Positions 1 to 21,698 of a stretch of DNA of 64,000 bases are shown here, piece after piece. This DNA is from the human T2T-CHM13v2.0 reference genome, Homo sapiens. The notes beneath the pieces were generated by a model, which ran no database searches, was not told where the DNA came from, and worked only from the letters and a program-made list of their open reading frames with translations. The stretch is taken from assembly GCF_009914755.1 (NCBI RefSeq), contig NC_060942.1. The stretch is one strand, 5' to 3'. A program made the translations under genes and the position numbers. How positions within the stretch are numbered: position 1 is the first letter of the stretch; every line of letters starts with the position of its first letter.

Positions 1-316
1 GCAGCCAGAGAGAAAGGTCAGGTTACCCACAAAGGGAAGCCCATCAGACTAACAGCAGATCTCAGAAACTCTACAAGCCAGAAGAGAGTGGGGGCCAATA
101 TTCAACATTCTTAAAGAAAAGAATTTTCAACCAAGAATTTCATATCCAGCCAAACTAAGCTTCATAAGTGAAGGAGAAATAAAATCCTTTACAGACAAGC
201 AAATGTTGAGAGATTTTGTCACCACCAGGCCTGCCCTAAAAGAGCTCCTGAAGGAAGCACTAAACATGGAAAGGAACAACCAGTACCAGCCGCTGCAAAA
301 TCATGCCAAAATGTAA
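1..316 (+). pseudogene. L1 ORF1p C-terminal fragment
   Basis: Ends ...ERNNQYQPLQNHAKM*, as in L1 ORF1p; apparent small deletion near 60-65 relative to recalled consensus. Confidence 0.88.
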
Positions 317-379
317 AGACCATCGAGACTAGGAAGAAACTGCATCAACTAACGAGCAAAATAACCAGCTAACATCATC

Positions 380-4187
<3,808 letters not shown>

Positions 4188-4400
4188 ACAATGAGAACTC
4201 ATGGACACAGGAAGGGGAACATCACACTCTGGGGACTGTCGTGGGGTGGGGGGAGAGGGGAGGGATAGCATTAGGAGATATACCTAATGCTAAATGACGA
4301 GTTAATGGGTGCAGCACATCAGCATGGCACATGTATACATATGTAACTAACCTGCACATTGTGCATATGTACCCTAAAACTTAAAGTATAATAATAATAA

Positions 4401-4435
<35 letters not shown>

Positions 4436-4437
<2 letters not shown>

Positions 4438-4550
4438 ACTTTTTGTAGAAATGAGGTCTTGCTATGTTGCCCTGGCTGGCCTCAAGTGATGACCTTCCCA
4501 CCTCAGCTTCCCAAAGTACTGGGATTACAGGGATGAGCCACCATGCCCGC
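4436..4550 (-). mobile_element. Alu left monomer (AluJ-like) abutting the L1 tail
   Basis: 'tttttgtagaaatgaggtcttgctatgttgccc...gggattacagggatgagccaccatgccc'. Confidence 0.85.
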
Positions 4551-4572
4551 TACACCATAAAAACATTTTCAG

Positions 4573-4878
<306 letters not shown>

Positions 4879-5159
4879 TCACTCTGACCACCAGTTTTTC
4901 AAGCCTGCACAAGTGACACTGAGCACATTCACAGTCTCCAGCACACCCATGTTCCCCTTTGGATGTTTTTACCCCTTTCTCTCACCCAAGAAAAAATGAG
5001 ACTCCATTGACTTCAGGCCCACATGGTCAGGAATGAGTCAATGTCAAACCACATCACAGTTCCAACTGGCACAGAGATGACTGTACGCAGACTACAAAGT
5101 ACTTCCATCTACATTATCTCATTTGAGCCCTGTACTTGCTCTCCCAGGGGTAAGAAAAA

Positions 5160-5395
5160 TAAATATTTAATAAGCCATATGCCAAACACTGTGCTGGGTA
5201 AACACGGATTTTAATTTGTTTAATCCTCACAAGAACCCACAAGGCTGGTGTTCAAATCCCTCTTATTACAGATGAGGAAACTGAGACTCAGAGAGGTGAC
5301 AGATCTGGCCCAGGGTTGCATGGCTAGTTGTGGTCAAGTTAAGATTCACAGCTAAATCATCAGGCTCCAAAGTCCATGCCTGCTTCACTGTGCAC
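5160..5395 (-). mobile_element. MIR SINE
   Basis: Reverse MIR core 'acagatgaggaaactgagactcagagagg' and 'tttaatcctcacaa'. Confidence 0.8.
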
Positions 5396-5777
5396 TACAA
5401 GAGCAGCAGATTATGACATGTCTTTCTGCATAGCCACCAGGCAGGCTTACTCAGGTGCAGTCTTGTTCAGGCCCTTTGGGGCTTCCTCTAGAACTTAGGT
5501 GTAGATGCCAAGAGTCATTTGGTGAGGAGATCAGCAACCTTGGATGAGTTGCATACTACGTTTCCACCTCCCATTTTTCTGGCCTGGAAATAGGTTAAAG
5601 TGCTAGTCTCATAACAGAATGCTGAACTTTGTGAGCAAGAAGAATGCACGTCTCCATGGCAGGGGAGAGGTGAAGGAGTCTGCTGTTACTTTTTGCCCAA
5701 ATGCTGTAGGTTTCTGAGCACTTGTATACTTAAACCATTTCACTGTTCCCATCGAGTGTCTTTGTTACAAGGAACTA

Positions 5778-6207
<430 letters not shown>

Positions 6208-6286
6208 TTTGAAAACATGGTCCAGAGAAATAGAACCTTCAAAAGCACCTCTCAAAATACTTTTCATGTGCTGAAACCTTGAATAA

Positions 6287-6681
6287 GTATATTAGTTTGC
6301 AAGGGCTGCCATAACAAATAGCACAGACTAGATGGCTTAAACAACAGAAATGTACTGAGTGTTGTCAATTTATGATTGGAGAGTCACGGTCTGAGATCAA
6401 GGTGTTGGCAGCAGGTGGGCTTTTCTGAGACTTCTCTCCTTGGCTTGTAGATGGGTGTCTTCTCCCTGTGTCTTCCCACGGTTTCTCTTCCGTGTGCATC
6501 TGTGTTCAAATGTTCTCTTCTTATAAGGTGAGTTGTATTGGATTAGAATCCACCCTAAAGGCCTCCTTTTAACTTAATTATCACTTGAAAGACCCTGTCT
6601 CCAAATGCAGTCACATTATGAGATACTGGGGGTTAGGACTTCAACATATGAATTTTAGGGGACAGAATTCAGTCCTTACAA
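6287..6681 (-). mobile_element. MLT1 (MaLR) solo LTR
   Basis: 'gtatattagtttgcaagggctgccataacaaa...ggcttaaacaacagaaat' through 'ggggacagaattcagtcc'. Confidence 0.85.
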
Positions 6682-7002
6682 TAAGTATTGGGCAGCCCTC
6701 ATCTGGTGCTTAAAGCTGCCAGCCACTACCTAAGAATGGGATATTCTCTGCAACCAGTTAAGAGAAATAGGATTCCAAACAGACAATTAACTGAGCTGGA
6801 CACAAGACTAACAACTCCTTATAAAAATCAAAGGGTTAGACAAGGACAAGGGCCTGAATACAAAGCTGCCCAGCGCCTGTTTGGATGCAAGTGAAGGACA
6901 ATCCCAGGCAGTGCAAGGTCCTTCACTGTGCAAATTTTTCTGTAACTCATGTATATTTCTGCTCATATCTGAAAATAATTATAAAAATAAATATTTCTAA
7001 AA

Positions 7003-7530
7003 TTGCAGCTAATAGCATTTTCCAAAGATGACCACAATGATGTATTCCATCCTACATGGCTTTACTTACAACATGATTTTAACCCTCCTCCCATTGAGAG
7101 GCAGGGTCTACATTCCCTCCCCTTGAATCTCTGTAAGCTTATAACTATGGGGAAAGTGATATAATGTGACCTCAGGTGAGGGCATAGAAAGCAATTCCAC
7201 TTCCACTTGATTCTTTTAGGACACATGCTTTTGAAGAGTTGCACCCTCATGTAGCAGTTTGACTTCCCTGAGGCTACTAGTCCATGTACAAATTACAGGG
7301 AAGGACCCTAAGACTTCAAGAAGAAAGAGAGCAAGCCCACCAGCCCCCATTGCATTGGCTTCAGCCACATGTAACTGCAATGACTTATAAGACCCAGAGC
7401 CAAAACCACCCAGCCAGGCATCCCCCAAATTGCTGACCCACAGAATCTATGAGCATAATAAAATAATTGTTGTTGTTTTAAGCCACAAAGTTTTGGGGTA
7501 AATTGTTGCACAGCAATAAATAACTCGAAT
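7003..7530 (+). mobile_element. Old MLT1 (F/G/H-like) LTR
   Basis: 3' end 'ttgttgttttaagccacaaagttttggggtaaattgttgcacagcaataaataac'. Confidence 0.72.
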
Positions 7531-8041
7531 GAAAATATTCTGATTAAGTCTTTCTGATGCTAATTTGACTTTGCTTCTTCCAAAAATTAGTCCAAATGAG
7601 TAAAATGATCATTTCCTCTTGGCATGTCTATAGATTTTCTACTTGGCATCTTCTCCATCTGCAAATGACAATATGCCTTTGGTTTTCTGGTATTCCATGG
7701 AAGCTACATGTGTCAAGAAGTCAATACTGCATGAGTTCCGCAAATAAACCATCCCACTCACCATCACTGTTCATGCATTTCCTACAACAGCCTATATCTA
7801 GTTCATCCATGTCCGCTTCTATCTTTTCTCTCCCAGGTTTCTGCAGCAATCATACTCTCATTTCTTTCTAGGGGCTCTAACTTCTGCTTCTCTGCTTGTA
7901 GGCCTATGTCCTTCTCTTCTGTTAATGACATTGGGCTTTTCCCCCTCTTTATGCACCTGCAGTCAAGGTGGGAAACAAAAAGATTCGAAACTATTTTGAC
8001 TCAGACCTAGGAACTTGTAATGTCACCATAAGATGAGATTC

Positions 8042-8382
8042 CTGTCTCCAGCCAAATCTCACCTTGAATTGTAATAATCCCTATGTGTCAACGGAGGAGC
8101 CAGGTAGAGATAATTGAATTATAGGGGTGGTTTCCCCCATACTGTTCTCATGGTAGTGAATAAGTCTCACAAGATCTGATGGTTCTATAAATGGAAGATC
8201 CCCCGCACAAGCTCTCTTGCCTGCTACCATGTAAGACATGCCTTTGCTTCTCCTTTACCTTCTGCCATGATTGTAAGGCCTCCCCAGCCAGGTGGAATTG
8301 TGAGTCCATTAAGCCTCTTTTATATATATATAAATTACCCAGTCTCAGATATGTCTTTATTAACAGTGTGAGAACAGACTAC
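8042..8382 (+). mobile_element. THE1C/D-like MaLR LTR
   Basis: 'ccaaatctcaccttgaattgtaataatccc...tctcacaagatctgatgg...ccatgattgtaaggcctccccagcca...aaattacccagtctcag'. Confidence 0.88.
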
Positions 8383-8871
8383 AACCTGACCCTGACAATC
8401 CTTGTGCTTCCCTCATCTTGCCTCTTCTATTTCCCCACTCTGCCTCTGATTAGAGAGAGGAATGCTTCTGGGGTAACTGCTAATTGAAAGTAGGTTAGTC
8501 TCTTCCACATAGCGAGAGCTAATCACCCATGATCCACAATTCCAGGAGCATGAACATGTATCTCCCTCACCAGCCTGATGCCTGAAATTCAAATGCAAGA
8601 GATTCATTCCTTGAAATTAGATATTGGCTTTAAAGATTCTTTTAAAGTGGGAGGTGGCCAGAATGAGATGATTGCTATAGTCAGGTTTAACAATCAACTG
8701 AAATACCCCAGAATCTGAAAAGGTTACCTCTAAGAAGGAAAACTAGTAAGTGAATTCTATCAACATGCAAAATTAATCAACATATATTGAATCATACTAG
8801 CTGCTTTGGTAAACATCTTATCCTAGAGTTTTAATAGTGTTCTAAAAAGTTGTCTATAAAGGTGCACCCGA

Positions 8872-9265
<394 letters not shown>

Positions 9266-9297
9266 CTATGAAAGCTGAAACCTCATCAGTGAATTAT

Positions 9298-9634
9298 AGA
9301 GTTATGCATTACATAATGACATTTTGGTCAATGATGGACCACATATACCACAGTAGTCCAATAAAATTATAATACTGTATTTTTATTGTACCTTTTCTAT
9401 GTTTAGATACACAAATATTCACCATTATGGTCAGTTGCCTACGGTATTCAGTGAAGTCACATGCTGTACAGGTTTGTAGTCTAGGAGCAATAGGCTGGAC
9501 CTTATAGCCTAAGTGTGTAGCAGGCTACGCCATCTAGGTTTACGTAAGTATGCTCTACGATGCTCGCAGAATGAAGAGATTGCCTAACAATGCATTTCTC
9601 AGAACGTATCCCCATCACTAGGTGATGCATTACA
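9298..9634 (+). mobile_element. Tigger3a (MER7A) non-autonomous DNA transposon
   Basis: 'ttggtcaatgatggacc...tgctgtacaggtttgtagtctaggagcaataggct...catttctcagaacgtatcccc'. Confidence 0.85.
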
Positions 9635-10619
9635 ATACTCTTTATTGGCATCACCAAATTTAATATGTCACTTAACAATCCTGATGGTCTATGACTTTTG
9701 TTAACCTATTATTTTGCCAAGGCCTGAATTTGAACTAGACCCACAGTGAGATCAGTCTGTGACTCTGAGTCTTTGACTAAAGAAGAAGACTAATCAAGCA
9801 CCCAGCATCCATCTATCAACCAGGCTCCACTGTACTCACTCACCGTCACACCGAAATTCATCCTTACCAAGAGGCTAAAGACTTGCTTAAAATTTTAAGC
9901 TGTTCTTCACCACATTTTATGGGGAAAATTATATACAATAATGACATGTACAGATTTCATGATCACTGACATCTTGAGTACATTCCTCTCAAATTATGTA
10001 ACTTTAATTTAATTTACATGAAGGACAAATAGTTCTAAAAGAAAAGATAGCTGCATGAAGCAGATGAAAGGGAGGCCCAGAATCCTCCTGGTTAAGATTT
10101 GGGCTTGAGGCTAGACAGCCTTGGATCTAGCCTGGTTCTACCACTTAGGAAGAGTGAAAGACACTGGCTGTGGTCATCAACAAGATGCCCCAAGTGATGA
10201 AGCAGGGAGAATTTGCCAGGCTTCCAATGGGCTGGAAAAATCTCTCTCAAGCCTATCATCCTCAGCTGTGACTCCACACTCACCATCTAACTTGCACTAA
10301 CTAATGTTGATCTCCAGGAACTCTGATGCTGGCCAAAGTGAATAGAGAAGCAAGAATGCTGGGCTTAAGAAAAAAGGGCAACCCTCACTTCTAGCTTCAG
10401 GTTTTTACTTCCATCTCTAGTTAGTTTAGTTATTGTGAGTCTCTGAGAATCTGCTCAGCTCTGGCTGCACTGATGGAATCAAGTGCCCGGGTTTTTTTTT
10501 AATTTGACCAGAACATGAGCCAAAGACATGATGATCATAGTAAGTGCTCCCCTGTGAAACTATCCTGCGTGAAGGCTGGCTGCCCTCATGCTCAAGTACA
10601 CCATGGCCTCTATAAGATC

Positions 10620-10988
10620 TGTTCTGAACTGAATTATGTCCAGCGTCCCTGCAAAATTCTTCTGTTGAAGTCCTAATCCCCAATGTGACTAAATTTGGAG
10701 ATAGAATCTTTAAAAAGGTTATTCAGGTTCAATGAGGTTATAGGTGGGACTGGTATCCTCATAAGAAGAGACCCCAGAAGTGCATGTGCACAGGGAAAAG
10801 CCATGCAAGGACATAGGAATAAGGCAGCCGTCTATGAGTCAGAAAGAGAGCCCTCACCAGAAACCACCCTTGCCAGCACTTTGATCTTGGACTTCCAGCC
10901 CTTAGACTTGTGAGAAAATACAATTCTTGTTGCTTAAGCCACCAAATCTCCAGAATTTTATTATGGCAGCCCTTGCAGGCTAATACAT
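10620..10988 (+). mobile_element. MLT1A/B LTR
   Basis: 'tgttgaagtcctaatcccc...ttgatcttggacttccagcc...atggcagccc...ctaataca'. Confidence 0.85.
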
Positions 10989-11279
10989 TATGTCTTCACA
11001 TTTTCTAACTCTAGTTATTTTTCAGTTATGCTGTTTAAAATGCAAATAAACCATTATCAGTCATGAGTAACTTTTTATGCATCGGTCTGTCTAAACTTTT
11101 CCAGTGGTGGTGGTGTTCAGAACAGATTTTGTTTGGGTAAAGGAAGAGGGAAGGTGGGTATGAGAGAGAGCCAAAACACAGAATAAGCTAAGGAAACCTG
11201 ATCAGGCACAGGTGGCAGGTGGGGAAGAAGCAGGTGGAACATCAAAGTCAGTGCAAGGGCTCTGGGTGCTGGGAAAGTC

Positions 11280-11470
11280 ATATTAAGCTAACGTTTATTG
11301 AGCTCTAAGTGCCAGGCACAAAGCTCATGTGTTATCTATTTATTCCTTTCTAACAGGCTATTATAGGCAGTATAATATCCTCACTTGACAGATGGGCAAA
11401 CTAAGGCACAGAGAAATTAAATAGTTTTAGAATCAGAACTTGACCCAAAGCTGTCTGTCTTTAGAGCCTA
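11280..11470 (-). mobile_element. MIR SINE
   Basis: 'tttattgagc...gtgccaggcac...acagatgggcaaactaaggcacagagaa'. Confidence 0.75.
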
Positions 11471-11474
11471 AATC

Positions 11475-11640
11475 TTTTTTGTTGTTGTTAACAGCTTTAT
11501 AGGAATATGATTTTATGCCATCAAAATCACCTGTTTTAACTGTACAGTCCAATGATTTTTTAGTAAATTTACAGAGTTGTGTAACCATCACCATAATCCA
11601 ATTTAAGAAAATATTTATCATCCCCAAAGATTCCCTATGC
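11475..11640 (-). mobile_element. Old L1M (MB/MC) 3' end fragment
   Basis: 'acagctttat...ttttttagtaaatttacagagttgtgtaaccatcacca'. Confidence 0.75.
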
Positions 11641-11735
11641 ATGGCTCAAATCTGAATCACTAAACCACACTGTCTCCTACACCACAGCAGAAGACACCAC
11701 AATGTGGAAGACTTTGATAAAAAGCAACTAGGCGT

Positions 11736-11972
11736 TCTTTTTCTTTTTTTTTTTTTTAAGAGACAGTGTCTCTCACTCTATCACCCAGACTGGAGAGCAG
11801 TGGTGCTTTCATGGCTTACGGTAGCCTCCAACTCCTGGGACTACAGGCACCTCCACCATGTCCAGCTAATTTTTGTTTTTCTGGGTCTTGCTATATTGCC
11901 CAGGCTGATCTTGAACTCCTGGCCTAAGCGATCCTCTCACCTCAGCCTCCTGAGTCTCTGGGATTACAGGCA
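11736..11972 (-). mobile_element. AluJ, internally deleted
   Basis: Poly-T, 'gagacagtgtctctcactct', ends 'gggattacaggca'. Confidence 0.85.
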
Positions 11973-11999
11973 ACATATCCAATTACCCAGCAATTTCTC

Positions 12000-12290
12000 T
12001 TCTGGACAAATGTTCCAGGGATTCTCTCCCATCTTCATAGGAAATCACATACAGAAATATTCACTATGGCAAATCCATTGTAAAGCGGCACTTTGGAAGC
12101 AACTCAAATGTCTATCAATGTGAATGAACAAGGTGTAGTATATTTATGCAGCATGATATACTTAAACCACCAATGAAGTGAATAAACTATAAGAATCTAT
12201 AGAAGTAAATCTCAAAAAACATAATATTAAGTAAAAAAAGGAAGTTGCCAAATAATATGTATAGTAAAACACCATTTACATCAAATGTTA
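12000..12290 (+). mobile_element. Old L1ME-like 3' fragment
   Basis: 'ttggaagcaactcaaatgtctatcaa...aatctcaaaaacataatattaagtaaaaaaag'. Confidence 0.6.
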
Positions 12291-12972
12291 AACCATCAAC
12301 AGCTCAGGCTATCATAGGTCTATGTTTCAGTTCTACTCCTTTGGAAAAAAAAAATGTGAAGCAAATATGGCCTAAAGCTGAGATGTTGATAAGGCATAAA
12401 GTTAACATTCTATACTTCTCTTCATAATGACAATAGTATTTTAAGAAATAAAAGGAAAGTGTCTCTTAAAATTATAACAAAACAAAACAAAAAAACACAC
12501 AAGTCAAACTTCTTTGAGTCCACTAGCTCATAACTGATTCTTTAAATGCTAAGAGTTGTTCTATACTGAGCAGGTGCCACACACAGTGTTGGGTACATTC
12601 AGTGTTTATTTCATTTCATCCACAGGCCAGCTCCTCTAGACTTCTGGGTTTTGGGGTACACTTTTACCTAAGACTGCACACTGCACACCTCTACCCCTGC
12701 TGCTGTTTAAACAAACTCATCCTCCTCCCCTATTCAATGGCCGAAGTGTCTGAGGAAGACAGACGATGTCTTTGTGTTTGAGCAACAGAAAACTAGAACT
12801 GTTGGTCTCATATAAAGCTAATTGAGTCTTTAGCCATTATTGAATATGGCAGGGGGGAAAAAACACACAACATTCACCCGGCCTTCTCAGAGGCCACCCT
12901 GGGAGGATGAACAATCTAGGAAACCTTAGACCAGACAGGATGGATTTAGACATCTTTATCTCTACGGTCTTT

Positions 12973-13625
<653 letters not shown>

Positions 13626-14393
13626 GTCTTCCATCTAGATAAAACATTTTTCATCCACACATTTTTTTACATCAACACATTCCCAAATTTTCCAAAGGAA
13701 AACTGTCTCTAACAATGCCCCCTTTACACAGCTGACACAAAATGTAGTATCCTTGTCTCCTTGTACCAAAATGCAAGACCTTATCTAACCCTTTGCTCCA
13801 TACAGGCCGGGAATATGTAGACCACACCAAAACTTCTCGCTTTCCATCTATTCCCCATGTCTTCCCTCTCCCAGCCCTGTTCCCACCAGTGTTAACACCC
13901 TTCCAGCTTCTCTTCTCCCGGCCTTCCCCAACACTCACATGGTGCAATTCTTCCCAATCATCCCAAGAAGCTCAAATGTCCCTTCCTCCTCAAAGCCTTC
14001 CCCCCAAAATGTATTACTAAACTCTGGTTGCATTTTGCCTGGACAGCTCTTGTGAATCAAAACAGATTTTGCTATATATTATTGTTATTCATTTTATATT
14101 TTTTATAATTCCAATGACACTATGAAGAGAGATTGTGTCTTGTTAAGTCATTCTTATTGCCTAAAACAGAGCCTACAGTCGATGCTTAATAACCATTTGT
14201 TAAATGAATACATATTTTGATCTTGACCCATCAGCACTTCAGTCTGTTTCATTTTCACTTTAGTGGTTGGCATATGTTGACAAATTTGCTGTGTAGGGAG
14301 TCAAAATAAGTCTTTTGCTTTCCGGTGACCTAAATCAACCTGTTTATATAAATCAGAGGACCCATATGATTAAACAATTAATAGTCTCCTGAC

Positions 14394-14570
14394 CAGTGGT
14401 TCTCAGCCCTGGTTGCATGTTATAACAACTTAGGGAGCTTTGAAAAAAAACACTGATACCCAGACCCCTTCTCTGATGCAGCCAATCTGGGATAAGGCCT
14501 GGGAATCTGGAATTCTGAAAGTTCTGCAGGGAATTCAGGGCTGAGACCAGAACCTTCATACCAGGGCTCT
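14394..14570. mobile_element. MER5A/B (hAT-Charlie)
   Basis: Starts 'cagtggttctcagccctggttgcatgtta', internal 'gggagctttgaaaaa...ggcctgggaatctg'. Confidence 0.75.
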
Positions 14571-15680
14571 GCACAGCCCTTTGAACACACTGGGCCGAGG
14601 TTGGAGTACACCAGCTTTGAAAGGAAGCATGAACAATGTGGTAACCAAAGAGAATGTCAACCCTATTTGCATCAAAGCCCACAAACTGCTTAAGCACCAC
14701 CTTCCCAGCAGTTTTTATTCAAACGATGGGTGAGCTTATTTGAAGCACATCTTATCTGTTAAAGCACTTACAGGAGACTCTTAAATGCATAGGCAACTTC
14801 AACTTTTCCACTTCCCCTTGTCCTGTCAGCAGTTACTGCATGAATTTGAAAACATAAAACTCCTTTCCTCATATTAAAAAAAAAATTCTATAAACTGTGT
14901 ATCTACTAAAAGAATATGAGTACTGGACCATGTAGCAATAAGCAAATACAGATACAAAATCATGTCCAGTGAAAAGAGCAGAATATAAAACAGTACTAAA
15001 TGTGACCACATACAAAGTGACATAAATATTGGGTTCTTTTTAATGGAATATTTTTCAGCAATAAGTCGCAACATAAAATGGAGGTTCAAAATTATTTTTA
15101 AAGTGCTACAAAACTCAGATATATTCTATAAGGTTAATTTGTCACCTAATTATGACATATGATCATCGGTGTTTTTACAATATTCTCCAGACAATAGCTG
15201 CTCTGTGTTTCTGTCTTAGATGAGTTTCTTCCTCAATTGTTCCATTTAGGCATCTCCTGACTGTAGGTCCTCTAGGTTTTCATTCTATGATTGTTTTTTA
15301 TTGTCCCCTTGAAAGTTCCCCTTCTCCCTTTAGTGACATCATGTAATTGGCCAACCCTGGAACTACATTCTTGCTGATCTGTCAGCTGTGGGAGTTAATT
15401 CCTTGCAAACTGAGCAATTTTGTCAGCTCACCACGGTGAGGTGACACAGACTTTGCCTTAAGAATAAGCTATTTAAGCTTGAACAAAATTTGGTTTTTCT
15501 TTTGTCTTTGAAGGAAACAAAATGGCAACCTGCACTGTTTATAAAATGTATCTTTTTAGAAAAGTAGGTATCAATCGAGTTGCATTTTAAAATCTTTAAG
15601 CAGCCTAGCTGGGAACGCTAAGATTATTTCACTGGTAAGGGAATACATCTTTCCTGACTAAAATAACTGCCCTTAATTAA

Positions 15681-15930
<250 letters not shown>

Positions 15931-16610
15931 TAATAAATGTTATTTTTATTTATTTTATCTTTAAACTGGCCTGTAAATTAAGAATAATGTTCTCAAATGG
16001 TCAGTTAAGTGGATTCATAAATCTAGTTCCATTCAAGTAGAAAATGTCAGTGTTTCCAAGTTGACCTTAACATGAGGCCTCTTCAAAGAAGTCAGACAGC
16101 AATAGAAATGTCAAGTTTTCTTCATTCTTTCCTTTGCCAATGTGGAAGTCATGGTCAACATTCTGATGGCTACACAGGATTCATGAAAGGATGTCCAGAT
16201 GCTCTTGTTTGAGTCCTAGAGAGTTCCCTCAACTTCCAGAGCTGCTGTGCACCTGGTAAGACTGGGTGAATTAAGCGTCTACCTCACACGTTTGTGATTA
16301 GATCAGTGGCTATTGGTGTGCTGTCATCATTGTTAATGATGTGAATTCATTCATTCAAAGAGCATAGAATGAACAGTTACCATGTGCAAGGCTCATAAAG
16401 ACTATTGAGTTGGAGTTCCTCTCCCTAAAAGGTGCACAAATTGCTGGGGGCAAAAGATGAGGAATACATTTGGAGGCTTCAGGAATTTAGTCACTCATTC
16501 TGCGCATTTTGAGACAAGTATTCTGCTGGTTGTTAAAGACAAATTAATAAATGACATAGGCATGCTCCCTGCTCTTCTGGAACTTGAAGTCTATCAAAAG
16601 AAACGAGTAT

Positions 16611-16750
16611 CGCCAGGCACAGTGGCTCACATCTGTAATTCCAGCACTTAGGGTGACAGCAGCAGGAGGACTGCTTGAGCCCAGGAGTTCAAGACCTGCC
16701 TGGGAAACAGAGTGAGACCCAGTTCTCCACAAAAAGTTAAAAAAAGAAAC
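16611..16750 (+). mobile_element. FLAM-like Alu monomer
   Basis: Single left monomer; TSD-like aaaagaaacgagta / aaaagaaacaagta. Confidence 0.85.
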
Positions 16751-16919
16751 AAGTAGCAAAGTACCAATTACATAACTAACAAAATAATTGTGATTAGCAA
16801 CAGGGAGAAAGGCTTAATTTTCCCAGATTTTTGTGTAAGAAAAGGCTATGCAACTGGCCCAACCATTCTTTCCAAAACTCATATTCTGTTTTTTACATGT
16901 AGTGGCTAATTATAAGAGA

Positions 16920-17060
16920 CTACACAGGATCCAGATTAAGAGATGCATACAGCACAGTGTGGGGAAAGGGGCATGGAGCTTCCACACCCTCCCCAGCAGG
17001 CCATCCTCCAGGAATCTCACATGTCCAGCTATCCAGAAGCCCCCAAACACTGTCCTCTTG
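16920..17060. mobile_element. MER21-like LTR fragment
   Basis: 'aagagatgcata...ggaaaggggcatggagcttcca...ccaggaatctcacatgtccagctatccagaagc'. Confidence 0.65.
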
Positions 17061-17329
17061 AACCTCTGTTCAAGATTCCTGCTATCACTACAAACTTCCT
17101 CTCCCTTAAAATCCCAGCCCAGGGATGGATAAAATCTCTAATTTTTTTCCATCTTAGCAGAACAGATTATTTTCAAAAATTCACTGTGAACTAAAGTGGA
17201 TGAGAGGAAGAATATTTACCAAAATTGATTTGCAAATGCATTTTAAAAGCAAGCTTCTATAGTACAGGTTTCTGATCTTAAAAATTCCCACACATCAGGG
17301 GAAAAAATTAGAAAGTTGTTTAATAGAAT

Positions 17330-19510
<2,181 letters not shown>

Positions 19511-19656
19511 TGTATTTGCATCATAACAAAACCACTGGGCCCCCAAATATTCTAATCTTAAGAAAATCGTTGCTGTCAAAAGTAGTTGTTTTGCCTGCCT
19601 TCCTTCCCTCTCAGCTTCCCACTGATCTTTCAGCCCCATCTCTCACAGATACAATC

Positions 19657-19969
<313 letters not shown>

Positions 19970-20413
19970 TGCAATCTTGTCTTACCAAGTCTCAGCAGTT
20001 TACCCACCCACTTTGTTTGTCTCCTAAACAAGTACATCCTTTTCAATAGCAATTGACTTAAATTCAGCACACAATAATAAGGGGTCATGTGGCCTTTCAG
20101 TTTAACAATATTATGTAATAATACCTTACCTATGTACAATAGGATAAAAGGAATATACATTCAGTTATAGATGTGTGTGATTAAAAAAACTGTATGTTTT
20201 TAACACTTTCACAAGAAACTGTAGTATATATTTTAATTGCTTTCCAATTAAAGCAGTTGAAATTGGTGCAGGATCAATATTTATTTGAATGCCACATAAT
20301 GTGAGACGGGACTATGGGGGAGCCAGGTTTTATATGGGCTATATACGCATAACCATTACATTCTCTGATACACTCATAACATCATGAAAGGGCATTGTTA
20401 ATAGCTAGACGAA

Positions 20414-20738
20414 GTTGGGCGCAGTGGCTCATGCCTGCAATCCCAGAACTTTGGGAAGCTGAGGCAGGCGGACTGCTTGAGGTCAGGAGTTCGAGATCAG
20501 CCTGGCCAATATGGTGAAACCCCATCTCTACTAAAAATACAAAAATTAGCTGGGCGTGGTGGCAGGTGCCTGTAAATCCAGCTTCTCAGGAGGCTGAGGC
20601 ACGAAAATCACTTGAACCTAGGAGGTGGAGGTTGCAGTGAGCTGTGAGCTGAGATTGAGATCATGCCACTGCACTCCAGCCTGGGTGACAGAGCGAGACT
20701 CTGCCTCAAAAAGAAAAAAAAAAAAAGTTTTAAAAAAA
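20414..20738 (+). mobile_element. AluS
   Basis: Full dimer; TSD-like tagctagacga / tagctagatga. Confidence 0.92.
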
Positions 20739-21044
20739 GTAGCTAGATGACTTGTTATCAATTCAAACTCTTTCCCATCAAATAATCAATCAATATGTTA
20801 ATTTATATTTTAAATTAATAGGACGAGAAATAGAGGATTAAGTATAATATTCAAAATTATACTTATAGAGACCAAAAGGTCAACACTGGTTAGAAGGAAT
20901 TAGTAAAAATGAGGTAAATTCTCAACTTTCACAAAGCAGAGTCAACATATATTATCTAATTATAAATCAAGAAATAGCTGTGTAAACAGACTGTCTAGAT
21001 AGAGTTACAGAGAGAACCACCGATAGAACTAAAGTCTGAAACTG

Positions 21045-21351
<307 letters not shown>

Positions 21352-21696
21352 TGAAACTGTTGATGAGAAGTAGAGCAGGAGACTGTTGCTTTCTAGCATA
21401 AGCTCTTCTTTATTATTAAATGTATTATCACATGCATGTTTCTGATACATTTTTTGAAGCAGTCAACAATTTTCTATTGACAAAGAGTATATTACAAGCC
21501 TGCAACTGGGCCAAGCACAATAAGGATACCCCCAAAATCGATAAATAGATAACATTAATTTAAAATTTTAAAATTGGAAACAGGAATTCGATCCTCAAGG
21601 AGTTCATGCTCTCATAGGAACATTTGAAATACATGTGAACACACTCATGCATGAATGTATATATACATGTATATGCATATGTGTGTATTCATGAAG

Positions 21697-21698
<2 letters not shown>

